Shown here piece after piece: positions 28,983 to 38,277 of a DNA stretch of 64,000 nt (its first letter is position 1; every line of letters starts with the position of its first letter). The DNA comes from an uncultured Acidimicrobiaceae bacterium (GTDB lineage Bacteria; Actinomycetota; Acidimicrobiia; Acidimicrobiales; RAAP-2). The stretch lies in contig CAWKDF010000001.1 in NCBI GenBank assembly GCA_963848345.1, positions 306,559-370,558 of the forward strand, written 5' to 3'. Below the pieces are notes generated by a model. It did no database searches. It had not been told where the DNA came from and worked only from the letters and a program-made list of their open reading frames with translations. The position numbers and the translations under genes were made by a program.

Positions 28983-29918
28983 TCAGGCATTGTCGGTGGC
29001 GCGGTCGTCGTAGCGCGCCAAAAAGTCGCTGACCACGCTGAAGTACGCTTCGGGCTCTTCGACGAAGGGCATGTGGCTGGAGTTCTCGAAGATGGTCCAG
29101 CGAACGTCGGGAATCTCATCAACGAACGGCTGTTGCGTCGCGGGTGTCGCTTCGTCGTAGCGCCCTGAGAGCAACAGCGTGGGCGCCACGATCGCACCGA
29201 GCTGTCCGATGACGCTCCAGTCGCGAAGCGTGCCCGTACAGAACATCTCGTTCGGGCCGATCATGGCGCCGTACACCGTCGGATCCGCGGCGACCGCGTC
29301 AAAGGACGCCTGCACCTCCGGCGGGTAGGGGAGGACCCGGCAGATGTGGCGGTCGTAGAAGACCTGGGTGGCGGCGAGGTAGGCGGGGTCCTCAATGGTG
29401 CCGAGGGCTTCGTGATGCTCGAGCACCCCGCGCACGTCGGCGGGGAGTTCGCGACGCAGGCGCTGCGCTTCGTCGAGCAGCATCGATTCAGACGCGAGCG
29501 AGTTGCTCAAGATGAGCGAGCGCAAACCGCGCGGCTGGCGCAACGCGTGCTCGGCTCCGAGCATTCCGCCCCAGGACTGGCCGAGCAGGTGATAGTCGTC
29601 CTCGATGCCCAAGGCGCTCAGCAGGTTATCGAGCTCGTTGAGAAAGAGCAATACCGTCCAGAAGTCGCGACCGTGTTCGGGCAGCCGAGTGGAGTTGCCG
29701 CACCCCAACTGGTCGTAGTGCACGACGGGCCGGCCGGTTGCGGCGAGTTCGCTGAGCGAGAGTACGTAATCGTGCGTAAAGCCCGGGCCGCCGTGCACGA
29801 CCACGAGCGGAGTCCTCGACGACGCTAGATCCCCGGTGATGCGGTACCACGTCTCATATCCCATGAATGGGACCACGCCCGTGGAGGTTGCCGCTCGCAC
29901 CACGTCAGCGAACCTCAC
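28983..29918 (-). CDS. proline iminopeptidase family (S33) hydrolase
   Basis: HGGPG, YDQLGCG.S, GQSWGG, YDEAT, SSHMP. Confidence 0.9.
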   Translation of the reverse strand: MRFADVVRAATSTGVVPFMGYETWYRITGDLASSRTPLVVVHGGPGFTHDYVLSLSELAATGRPVVHYDQLGCGNSTRLPEHGRDFWTVLLFLNELDNLLSALGIEDDYHLLGQSWGGMLGAEHALRQPRGLRSLILSNSLASESMLLDEAQRLRRELPADVRGVLEHHEALGTIEDPAYLAATQVFYDRHICRVLPYPPEVQASFDAVAADPTVYGAMIGPNEMFCTGTLRDWSVIGQLGAIVAPTLLLSGRYDEATPATQQPFVDEIPDVRWTIFENSSHMPFVEEPEAYFSVVSDFLARYDDRATDNA

Positions 29919-29945
29919 TGCGTCGCGGACGAATTCGTTCGTGCC

Positions 29946-30752
29946 TCATGAAGGTTCCTCCACATTCTTCAGCCAGTCGAGCACCGTCTTGTTGAACCGA
30001 TCGGCATATTCCCAGATGCAGCAGTGACCGCCCGGCGTGGTCAACCACGTTGAGCCGGGGATCAGATTGTGCAGCCGACGAGACAGCGCGACGGGAATGA
30101 GGATGTCCTCTTCGCCCGCCAGCACGAGCGTGGGCACGCGGAGCGAAGCGAGCTGGCTGGTCGTGTCGTGGGTCTGGATCGAGCTGAGCTGGGCCAGATA
30201 CGCCGCGACGGGCTGATTGACAAACTTCATCGCCGTCTCGACTTGCGCGAGGAGCTCGGGTTGGAAGGTGAAGAAGTCGACCGTGAACCCCCAGAGCACG
30301 ACGTCGCGCATGATCGTGGCGACGCCGACGACGGGAGCGAGTTCGGCCCAGAGGGCGTACATGCGTGAACAGAAGGGACCGGGTGCCGCGTAGGTGCACG
30401 CGAGCGTTACGCTCAGAACGTCGTTCGGATAGCGCAGCGCGTACTCCTGGGCAATCATCCCGCCCATCGAGATGCCGAGCAGGTGGAAGTCCTTCAATCC
30501 GAGATGATCGACGAGCGCTTTTGTGTCCTTCGCGAACATCTCGGTCGTGTAGGGACCGGGTGGCATGGAGCTGGCACCGACGCCGCGATTGTCGAAGGTC
30601 ACGACGCGATAGCCCGCCTCGAGGAAGGCCGGCACTTGGCTCCCCCAGGTGTCGAGGTCGTCGCCGAGCCCGTTGACGAAGAGGATCGTCTTCGGTCCCT
30701 CCCCTTCTACTCGGTAGTTGATGTCTATGCCGTTAGCGCTCAGGATGGTCAT
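29946..30752 (-). CDS. alpha/beta fold hydrolase
   Basis: DNRGVG.S, GISMGG, GEED, GGH triad. Confidence 0.88.
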   Translation of the reverse strand: MTILSANGIDINYRVEGEGPKTILFVNGLGDDLDTWGSQVPAFLEAGYRVVTFDNRGVGASSMPPGPYTTEMFAKDTKALVDHLGLKDFHLLGISMGGMIAQEYALRYPNDVLSVTLACTYAAPGPFCSRMYALWAELAPVVGVATIMRDVVLWGFTVDFFTFQPELLAQVETAMKFVNQPVAAYLAQLSSIQTHDTTSQLASLRVPTLVLAGEEDILIPVALSRRLHNLIPGSTWLTTPGGHCCIWEYADRFNKTVLDWLKNVEEPS

Positions 30753-30759
30753 GATCTCC

Positions 30760-31554
30760 TCATGCAGTGTGAGTGGGCGGGTCGGTCGGAAGGTGGTCGC
30801 TGACGTGGGCGAACATGTCGCGAATGGTCTGTTCGGTCAACGAGAAATGGTCGGCCGCGAGGGTCGCCGCCAGGTCCTCGTCGCCGGCGATGATCGCCTC
30901 GATCAGCCCGGGGTGCTGGTGCAGCCCGCGCTGACGCAGGGCTGGGCTCCAGGGTTCGACGCCCATACCGAAACCAACGTCGTGGCGCATTCGCAAGCTC
31001 AGCTCCACCAGGTAGGGGTTGCCGGTCGTGGCGGCGATGCATTGATGCAGCCGCAAGTCAGCGGTCGTGGACGACGCGCGCTCCGCTGGCGAGGAGATGT
31101 ACTCCTCCAGCGCGATTCGCAGTGCGTCGATGTGCTTCTGCGTGCGTCGGCGCGCGGCCACCCGAGCGATGTCGGCTTCGATGATCGACCGGTAGTCCAT
31201 GAGGTGTTCCAGCCTCGCCCAATCGGGCAGCAGCGTTCGGTGGATGATTGCGGGCGCGTCAGAGCGCCAAGACGATTCGACAAAGATTCCCCCGCCCTGC
31301 CCGCGTCGCACGCTGAGGTACCCCGAGGCGACGAGGAGGGCGACCCCTTGCCGCACGGTGGTGCGACTCACGCTCAGCGTCGCCGCAAGCTCTCGTTCTG
31401 TCGGAAGACGCTCGCCGACCGCGAACTGTCCGAGCGCCAACGCCGTGACGATTCGGTCGGCCACCTGTTGGCCGGCGGTTCGAGCGAGCAGCGGGCCGAG
31501 CGCCCCGACCGGCTTGGTCGTGCCCGCCCTCGTCGAGTTCGCGCCCGCGCTCAC
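30760..31554 (-). CDS. GntR/FadR family regulator
   Basis: GERLPTERELA..L.VSRTTVR; C-terminal FCD domain. Confidence 0.9.
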   Translation of the reverse strand: MSAGANSTRAGTTKPVGALGPLLARTAGQQVADRIVTALALGQFAVGERLPTERELAATLSVSRTTVRQGVALLVASGYLSVRRGQGGGIFVESSWRSDAPAIIHRTLLPDWARLEHLMDYRSIIEADIARVAARRRTQKHIDALRIALEEYISSPAERASSTTADLRLHQCIAATTGNPYLVELSLRMRHDVGFGMGVEPWSPALRQRGLHQHPGLIEAIIAGDEDLAATLAADHFSLTEQTIRDMFAHVSDHLPTDPPTHTA

Positions 31555-32831
31555 GACTGCTCGCTCATCACGTCGAGCCCCGCGATCAGATGGGCGAGTG
31601 TCGTGGCGCCGTCGACGATGCTCGCCAGGTTGACCGACTCGTTGACGCCGTGGATGTTCCTCGCGACCGGTCCGTAACAGAGCGCGGGCACGCCCGCTTG
31701 ATTGAGATAGAAGCGCGCGTCGGTCGTACTTCCGCCGACGTGCGTCTTCGGCGTTGAGCCGTGAGTCGCGAGGTGCGCCGCTTGGACCGCGGTGACGAGC
31801 GGCGAGGCGGTGTCGAGCAGGTAGCCCTCCGCCCGAAAGCCCGTCGACGAGAGCGACACGTCGACGTCGTCCCCGGGTATCGCCTTGGCGACCGCCGCAG
31901 CGATCGCCTCGACGGCTTCGTCGGTGGACCAGGACCGGGGATGTCCGAACCGCACGCCGAGGGTGACGACGGAAGCGACGCTTGAGCGCCAGTCACCGGC
32001 TCGAAGAAGCCCAACGTTGACGTTGTAAGGTTCACGGATCTTTTCAAAGGCTTCGTCTCGGTGCTCGCGCGCGACCTGGCGTCCCACGTCTTCGAGTGCA
32101 GCAACCAGGCGGAGGCCCACATCGAGCGGGTGTTCCACGCGATCGGCGACTTCCGCGTGACCGCCGGCCCCTTGAATGGTGACGTCAACCCAGACGATGC
32201 CCGTGCCGCCGATCAACAGATCGAGGTCGGTGGGTTCGGTCAGGATCACCGCGTCGGCCGAGACACCCTGGCGCAGGGCTGACAGCGTCCCGTTCCCGGT
32301 GCACTCTTCCTCGATGACCGACAGCACACCAAGGGGTCGCTCGAGCGCAGAGGGGAGCGCCGATCTCAAGGAGTCAAGAGCCAGGGTCGCCATCGCGAGG
32401 CCGCCCTTCATGTCGCCGGCTCCTCGACCAAACAGCCAACCGTCTTCTCGCCGGGGCACCCAGGGCGAGGTGGTCCATCCGCGCGAGTCGGCGGGGACCA
32501 CGTCGATGTGGCCGTTGATCAACAGCGCGAGGTCCTCCGATGAGGTGGTGCCGAGAATGTTGGCGCGACCTTCGTAGGACGTTTGCGGTACGCCGGCGAT
32601 AGGGTCGCTCGCAATGGAGTCGGGAACGCCGACCCGCGAGACCTCTAGTCCGAGGCGGGTGAGCTCTTCGGCAACGAGTGACTGCGCGGGCGACTCTTCA
32701 CCGATGGTGCTCGGGGCGCTCACGAGTCGCTCGAGGAATGCGAAGGCATCCTCTGTGCGCTCTTCGACGGCATCACGCAGACGAGCACGCGTCGCGTCGT
32801 CGAGCGCGCGAAAGTACAAAGGTCTATCCAT
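31551..32831 (-). CDS. M20 family ArgE/DapE-like deacylase/peptidase
   Basis: NGHIDVVP, GRGAGDMKGG, IEEE, TEPT, IHGVNE; alternative start 32849. Confidence 0.9.
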   Translation of the reverse strand: MDRPLYFRALDDATRARLRDAVEERTEDAFAFLERLVSAPSTIGEESPAQSLVAEELTRLGLEVSRVGVPDSIASDPIAGVPQTSYEGRANILGTTSSEDLALLINGHIDVVPADSRGWTTSPWVPRREDGWLFGRGAGDMKGGLAMATLALDSLRSALPSALERPLGVLSVIEEECTGNGTLSALRQGVSADAVILTEPTDLDLLIGGTGIVWVDVTIQGAGGHAEVADRVEHPLDVGLRLVAALEDVGRQVAREHRDEAFEKIREPYNVNVGLLRAGDWRSSVASVVTLGVRFGHPRSWSTDEAVEAIAAAVAKAIPGDDVDVSLSSTGFRAEGYLLDTASPLVTAVQAAHLATHGSTPKTHVGGSTTDARFYLNQAGVPALCYGPVARNIHGVNESVNLASIVDGATTLAHLIAGLDVMSEQS

Positions 32832-32979
32832 TGAACCTAAGGCTCCCATAGGGAAGGGTCATGATCAAGTGTCGGGGTGAATGCGACGCACGAGCTCGTT
32901 CCAAAATGGCCGTGATCATCGGGAAACCTGACGTTTGGACCCGCATTCGCCCTGATGTGAAGGGTTCGTGAATTGGTGT

Positions 32980-33027
32980 TTGCATTAGTGTCAATCGCTT
33001 CGCTAGGGTCAAGTGTCACATATTACA
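32980..33027 (+). promoter_or_regulatory. promoter with operator copy 2
   Basis: TTGCAT-N18-TAGGGT followed by GTGTCACATATTACA (33013-33027). Confidence 0.7.
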
Positions 33028-33043
33028 GCCGGGGGTTTAGAAC

Positions 33044-34861
33044 ATGAAAATGTCCATCAACCGAGGAGTCGGGCGTCGGGTGGGAGCACTCGTGCTCGCA
33101 GGTTCGCTCGGTATCGCGGGGCTTGGCGTGGGTGTCGTTGAGTCGGGTTCGAACGCGTCGGCGGCGACGAGCAATGACGTGACCTTCGCCTTGCCACCCG
33201 CCACGGTGCCGAACTACATCTTCCCGATCTTCAGCGGCGCCCAAGACAGCATCGTCAACGTGTACCAGATGCAACAGATCATGTTCCGAACGCTGTACTA
33301 CTTCGGTGAAGGCACCAACCCAGAGAACAATCCGACGCTGTCGCTCGCGAAGCCGCCCGTCTTCACCGACGGGGGAAAGACCGTCACCATCACGCTCAAG
33401 CACTACCAGTGGTCCGACGGCACACCGGTCACCTCGCGCGACGTGCTCTTCTTCATGAACCTGCTGAAGGCCGACCAGAGCAACTGGGCGGACTACGTTC
33501 CCGGAGAGTTTCCGAGCAACGTCACGTCGGTCACCGCCCCGAATGCCTCGACGGTGGTCATGCATCTCAACCAGGCGTACTCCTCGACCTGGTTTCTGTA
33601 CAACGAGCTGAGCCAGATCACCCCGCTGCCCCAGCAGGCCTGGGACAAGGAGTCGGCGACCGGCAAGATCGGCAACTACGACGAGACTCCCGCGGGCGCG
33701 AAGGCCGTCTTCAACTTCCTCACCAAAGCGGCCGAGACGTCGAGCACCTACGCGACCAATCCGCTCTGGCAGGTCGTCGACGGCCCGTTCAAGCTCAAGC
33801 AGTATGAGAACACCGGGTACAGCGTGTACGTGCCGAACAAGAAGTACTCGGGACCCTCGAAGGACAACTACCAAGAGCTGATCGAGGTCCCCTTCACCAC
33901 CGACACCGCCGAATACAACGCAGTTCGCTCTGGCTCACTCGACTACGGCTACGTGCCGCCGCAAGACGCCAGCCAGATTCCTCTGTTGAAGAGTCAGGGC
34001 GCGAGCATCGCGCCGTGGGTGGGATGGGACATCAACTACTTCCCGATCAACTTCAATAACCCGACGGTCGGCCCGATCTTCAAGCAGCTCTATATCCGCC
34101 AAGCCATCCAAGAGATGGTGGATCAGCCGACGGACATCAAGAAGGCGCTCTACGGATACGGAGAGCCGACCTACGGACCAGTCCCTGTCGCACCGAAGAA
34201 CAACTTCACGAGCCCTCAGGAAGTGGGCAATCCCTACCCCTACAGTCCGACCAACTCCGCGAAGCTCCTGAAGAGTCACGGCTGGGACGTCGTGCCTCAC
34301 GGCACCACCACCTGTACGAAGCCCGGGACCGCGGCCAACGAGTGCGGTGCTGATATCGCCAAGGGCGCGAAGTTGTCCTTCAACCTGCAGTACGACTCGG
34401 GCGTGACCTACACGGCCGTCATGATGGAGCAGTTCAAGTCGAACCTCGCACAAGACGGTATTCAGATCAACCTGACGACGGCGCCCTTCGACACGATCAT
34501 CACCAACGCCGCGCCTTGCAATGAGGGGCCGACGTGCACGTGGGAGATGGAGAACTGGGGCGGCGGTTGGACGTTTGGTCCGAACTTCGAGCCCACCGGC
34601 GAAACTCTCTTCGCGACCGACTCCGGCTTCAATGAAGGCCGCTACTCCGATGCCACCAACGACGCCAACATCAACGCAACCCACTCGCAGTCCGGCAACG
34701 CGGTGATCTACAAGTACGAGAACTATCTCGCCGATCAGCTGCCCGTCATCTGGCAGCCGGCTCCCGATTATCAGATCTCGGTGCTGAGCAAGAGCTTGAA
34801 GGGCGTCGTGCAGAGTCCTGAGGAGAACTTCACGCCAGAAGACTGGACGCTGTCGAACTGA
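33044..34861 (+). CDS. peptide ABC transporter substrate-binding protein (family 5), orphan
   Basis: Signal peptide; WSDGTPVTSRDV, VDGPFKL, F..LYIRQAI motifs; no adjacent permease. Confidence 0.9.
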   Translation: MKMSINRGVGRRVGALVLAGSLGIAGLGVGVVESGSNASAATSNDVTFALPPATVPNYIFPIFSGAQDSIVNVYQMQQIMFRTLYYFGEGTNPENNPTLSLAKPPVFTDGGKTVTITLKHYQWSDGTPVTSRDVLFFMNLLKADQSNWADYVPGEFPSNVTSVTAPNASTVVMHLNQAYSSTWFLYNELSQITPLPQQAWDKESATGKIGNYDETPAGAKAVFNFLTKAAETSSTYATNPLWQVVDGPFKLKQYENTGYSVYVPNKKYSGPSKDNYQELIEVPFTTDTAEYNAVRSGSLDYGYVPPQDASQIPLLKSQGASIAPWVGWDINYFPINFNNPTVGPIFKQLYIRQAIQEMVDQPTDIKKALYGYGEPTYGPVPVAPKNNFTSPQEVGNPYPYSPTNSAKLLKSHGWDVVPHGTTTCTKPGTAANECGADIAKGAKLSFNLQYDSGVTYTAVMMEQFKSNLAQDGIQINLTTAPFDTIITNAAPCNEGPTCTWEMENWGGGWTFGPNFEPTGETLFATDSGFNEGRYSDATNDANINATHSQSGNAVIYKYENYLADQLPVIWQPAPDYQISVLSKSLKGVVQSPEENFTPEDWTLSN

Positions 34862-34927
34862 CGATTGCCCTCGGGTGATCGTCAGCGGCGCACGTCGGCC
34901 GGGTCACGTACCGGCCGACGTGCGCCG
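34858..34927. terminator. tandem hairpins between convergent genes
   Basis: CTGACGATTGCCC/GGGTGATCGTCAG, then perfect 17-bp stem CGGCGCACGTCGGCCGG/CCGGCCGACGTGCGCCG. Confidence 0.7.
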
Positions 34928-34999
34928 TTCCGTAAGAGCGATGTGTCAACCTGCGCCCTGAGTGACCGTCGATGGTCGGGCGCGGCGCGCGCCAGTCGA

Positions 35000-36490
35000 T
35001 CAGAGCCCGAAGTTGGGCGCGGGGCGTGAGAAGAGCTCGTGCATCCACGCCTCGATCTCGTCGGGGTGGCTCGGGAGCGCGGCGGTCATCACTCGAGATC
35101 CCTCGGGCGTGACCACCACGTCTTCTTCAATGCGAATGCCGATGCCGCGGAACTGTTCGGGCACGGTGAGGTCATTGGGCTGGAAGTAGAGACCGGGCTC
35201 GACGGTGAGCACGTTGCCCACTTCGAGCGGGTCTTCGGGAAAGATCGTGTCGCGCGCACTGGTGCAGTCGTGCACGTCAAGGCCGAGCATGTGCGAGGTG
35301 CCACAGACGATGTAACGCGCGTAGAGCGGCAACTCCGGGCGCACGGCGACGTCTGGTCCCACGTCGAGGATCCCGAGTTCGAAGAGCCCCTCGGCTAGGA
35401 CCGCGATGGCTGCGCGATGCTGGTCCTGACCGCGCGCACCCGGGCGCACCGCGGCGATGCCCGCCTGGGTTGCCGCGTAGACGATGTCGTAGAGCTGTCG
35501 CTGGGCGGGGGTGAACGTGCCAGAGATCGGCAGCGTCCTCGTGACGTCCGAGGTGTAGAGGTCGAGGACTTCCACCCCGGCGTCGAGCAGGAGGAGGTCG
35601 CCGAGACGAAGCTCACCGTCGTTGCGGGTCCAGTGCAGAATCGTGGCGTGCGCGCCGGCGGCCGCGATTGTGCGATATCCGGTGTCGTTGCCCGCGGTAC
35701 GCGCTCTCAGGTTGAAGACGCCTTCGACGACCCGCTCGCTCTGGCCCACGGCACTCGGGAGCGCACGCACCACATCTTCGAACCCGAGCACCGTCTTGTC
35801 GACCGCCTCTTGAAGACGCGCGATTTCGTATTCATCCTTTACCAGGCGAAGCTGGCTCAAAGTCTGGGTGAGCAGCGCGTCGTCGTCGCTCACCGGATAC
35901 CGGGTGTCGACGCGGTGGTCGTAGCCGCGACGGATGACAATCCTCTCGAGACCCCACGCGGCGAGGTCCTTGTCGAGGTGGTCGAGCGGAGCGGCGGCGA
36001 TGCCCCAGCGACGCTCGGCGTCTTCGAACGAACGCCGCGGACCGACCCACAGCTCACCCTGGAGCGGGTTGGAGAAGAACTGGTGCGTCGTGTAGTCGAA
36101 TCGCTCGTTGAGATAGAGCGTCGCGATGACGTTGCTCGGGTCGGGGTGGATGACGAGCACGGCGTCGGGGTCGTCGCACGCGCTCAGCCAGAAGAACTCG
36201 GACCCGGGGCGAAAGTTGAATTCCTGATCGTTCGCACGGGTCTTGGCACCGCCCGCAGGAACGACCAGTGCCTTGTCCGGGAACCGGCCATGGAGGAGCG
36301 CTCGGCGGCGGCGAGTGTGCTCGATCGCGGGATGGGGCTCTTCGACGAGGGGCGTCGACGCCCACTCTTTGGTCATGTAGTCGGCGAACGGGCGTCCGAA
36401 GGGACGACCGCCATTCCAGATCCAGTGCTCGCTCTCGGGGTGCTCGGCGGAGACGTCTGGCGCGGGAAACTCTGGAGTTGGTTCGGACAC
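35000..36490 (-). CDS. pepP: Xaa-Pro aminopeptidase (M24B) paralog 1
   Basis: LHW..N, LLLDAG, DVTRT, HMLGLDVHD, TVEPG, GIRIEED. Confidence 0.9.
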   Translation of the reverse strand: MSEPTPEFPAPDVSAEHPESEHWIWNGGRPFGRPFADYMTKEWASTPLVEEPHPAIEHTRRRRALLHGRFPDKALVVPAGGAKTRANDQEFNFRPGSEFFWLSACDDPDAVLVIHPDPSNVIATLYLNERFDYTTHQFFSNPLQGELWVGPRRSFEDAERRWGIAAAPLDHLDKDLAAWGLERIVIRRGYDHRVDTRYPVSDDDALLTQTLSQLRLVKDEYEIARLQEAVDKTVLGFEDVVRALPSAVGQSERVVEGVFNLRARTAGNDTGYRTIAAAGAHATILHWTRNDGELRLGDLLLLDAGVEVLDLYTSDVTRTLPISGTFTPAQRQLYDIVYAATQAGIAAVRPGARGQDQHRAAIAVLAEGLFELGILDVGPDVAVRPELPLYARYIVCGTSHMLGLDVHDCTSARDTIFPEDPLEVGNVLTVEPGLYFQPNDLTVPEQFRGIGIRIEEDVVVTPEGSRVMTAALPSHPDEIEAWMHELFSRPAPNFGL

Positions 36491-36496
36491 GAGGTC

Positions 36497-36519
36497 AGAG
36501 TACTGTGTGACACGTTACT
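36497..36519. promoter_or_regulatory. overlapping divergent -10 elements plus degenerate operator copy 3
   Basis: TACTCT-N6-GTG on -, TACTGT on +, GTGTGACACGTTACT at 36505-36519. Confidence 0.55.
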
Positions 36520-36573
36520 GTGTCAACGAAGGCGCGATGGCCTCGAAGTGTGGGTTACGTTCGGAGGGTGCAG

Positions 36574-37257
36574 ATGGCGAAGGACTCGGCAATCGGCGAG
36601 CTGACCCCGGCGACGAGCCTGCGCGACCGAGTCGAAAGTTCTCTCGCGTCGGCGATCATCTCGGGCGAGCTCGAACCCGGGACGCTCGTGTCCGTGCCCG
36701 CGCTGGCCGCCCAGTTCGCCGTGTCGGCCACGCCCGTTCGCGAGGCGATGCTGAATCTGGAAAAGCGGGGCTTTGTCGAATCGGTGAAGAATAAGGGCTT
36801 CAAGGTCACCGAGGTGAGCGACCAGGACCTGCGCGAAATTGCCCAACTGCGCAGCTGGATCGAGGCCCCCGCGATGCGCCTCGTCGCAGAGCGCCTCCGC
36901 AGCGAATCGTTGGAGCGTTATCGAGAGCTCGCCCATCGCATCACCGAAAGCGCATCGCGGGGAGACCTGGAGGCCTACCTCGCCGCCGACTCCGCGTTTC
37001 ACACGGCCCTGCTCACCCTCACCGGCAACGACCGTCTCGTCGAACTCGTGGCTGAGCTCCGTCGCCAAACGCGCATGATCGGGCTCGTCGACCTTCGCCC
37101 GAGCGAGGAGCTGTTGCGCTCCGCCGCCGAACATCAGGACCTGCTCGACCTGCTGGCCCTGGGCGAAGGTGAGGCCGCCGAGCGATTCATGCTCCACCAC
37201 ATCGGCCACGTGCTCGGCTGGTGGGCGGGGCTCGAAGAATCTACCGACGCCGAGTGA
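36574..37257 (+). CDS. GntR/FCD regulator paralog 1 (HypR-like)
   Basis: VSATPVREAM HTH; DSAFH; SD ggagg. Confidence 0.9.
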   Translation: MAKDSAIGELTPATSLRDRVESSLASAIISGELEPGTLVSVPALAAQFAVSATPVREAMLNLEKRGFVESVKNKGFKVTEVSDQDLREIAQLRSWIEAPAMRLVAERLRSESLERYRELAHRITESASRGDLEAYLAADSAFHTALLTLTGNDRLVELVAELRRQTRMIGLVDLRPSEELLRSAAEHQDLLDLLALGEGEAAERFMLHHIGHVLGWWAGLEESTDAE

Positions 37258-37269
37258 GGGCTCGTCACA

Positions 37270-37289
37270 GTGCCGTGTGACATATTACA
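37270..37289. promoter_or_regulatory. putative GntR operator copy 4, overlapping -10 TACACT
   Basis: GTGCCGTGTGACATATTACA, exact repeat of 26036-26055. Confidence 0.8.
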
Positions 37290-37345
37290 CTGACCTTTAG
37301 GTGGAATGCGGGCCAAACGTGCGGTCCCTCCACGAAAGGAACACC

Positions 37346-38275
37346 ATGACCGCTACACCCGTTGACCTCGGAGGCGTCGTCGTCGCCGTCACACTGGCCT
37401 TCAAGGAGGATGCCAGCGCGCCCGGCGGGCTCGCCGTCGACTTCGATCGGTTCGCAGAGCACTGTGAGTGGCTGATCGCGAACGGCTGTCGTGGGGTCGG
37501 TCCGAATGGCTCGCTCGGGGAGTACTCATCGCTCAGCGACGAGGAGCGGCGCAAGGTCGTCCAAGTGGCCGTTGAGGCGGTCGCCGGCCGCGGCATCGTG
37601 ATCGCCGGCGTCCACGGCGTGGGCTGGCACCAAGCGAAGGTCTGGGCCGAGCGCGCGGGCGAGGATGGCGCCGACGCGGTCATACTCCTGCCGCCCACCA
37701 TCTTTCGCGCGTCCGAAGCGGAGGTGATCGAGCACTACACGCGAGTCGCCGAAGTCGGCATGCCGCTCATGGTCTACAACAACCCTTTCGACACCAAAGT
37801 CGACATCCTGCCTTCGGTGGTTGCCGAACTGGCACAGATCCCCAACATCGTGGCGATCAAGGAGTTCTCGGGCGACGTTCGGCGCATCTTGGAGATTCGC
37901 GAGCGCTGTGACATCGACGTCGTCGCGGGCGCCGACGACCTGCTGTTCGAATCGCTCGTGGACGGCGCCGTGGGTTGGTTCGCGGGCTTTCCGAACGCCT
38001 TCCCGCGTGAAGCCGTCGAGATCTACAACCTGGTGATGGCCAACAAGGTCGATGAAGCGCGGGACCTGTATCGTCACTTGGTGGCGCTCTTTCGTTGGGA
38101 CTCGCGCGTTGAGTTCGTCCAAGCCATCAAGCTCACCATGGACATCGTGGGCGCCAGTTACGGCGGAGCCACTCGGCCCCCGCGCGGGCCCCTCAGCCCG
38201 TCCAATGAGGCCAAAGTTCGCGAAGACGCGAAGCGGGCACTCGAGTACCTCGCCCGTCACGAATTCGCGAGCTGA
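37346..38275 (+). CDS. DHDPS-family lyase; probable 1-pyrroline-4-hydroxy-2-carboxylate deaminase (LhpC-like)
   Basis: NGSLGEY, YNNP, IKEFSGD, FVQAIKL; adjacent to the epimerase. Confidence 0.82.
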   Translation: MTATPVDLGGVVVAVTLAFKEDASAPGGLAVDFDRFAEHCEWLIANGCRGVGPNGSLGEYSSLSDEERRKVVQVAVEAVAGRGIVIAGVHGVGWHQAKVWAERAGEDGADAVILLPPTIFRASEAEVIEHYTRVAEVGMPLMVYNNPFDTKVDILPSVVAELAQIPNIVAIKEFSGDVRRILEIRERCDIDVVAGADDLLFESLVDGAVGWFAGFPNAFPREAVEIYNLVMANKVDEARDLYRHLVALFRWDSRVEFVQAIKLTMDIVGASYGGATRPPRGPLSPSNEAKVREDAKRALEYLARHEFAS

Positions 38276-38277
38276 AC

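Noticed and set aside
37346-38275. dapA (lysine biosynthesis)
   Set aside because: GSLGE rather than GTTGE, and the catabolic context.
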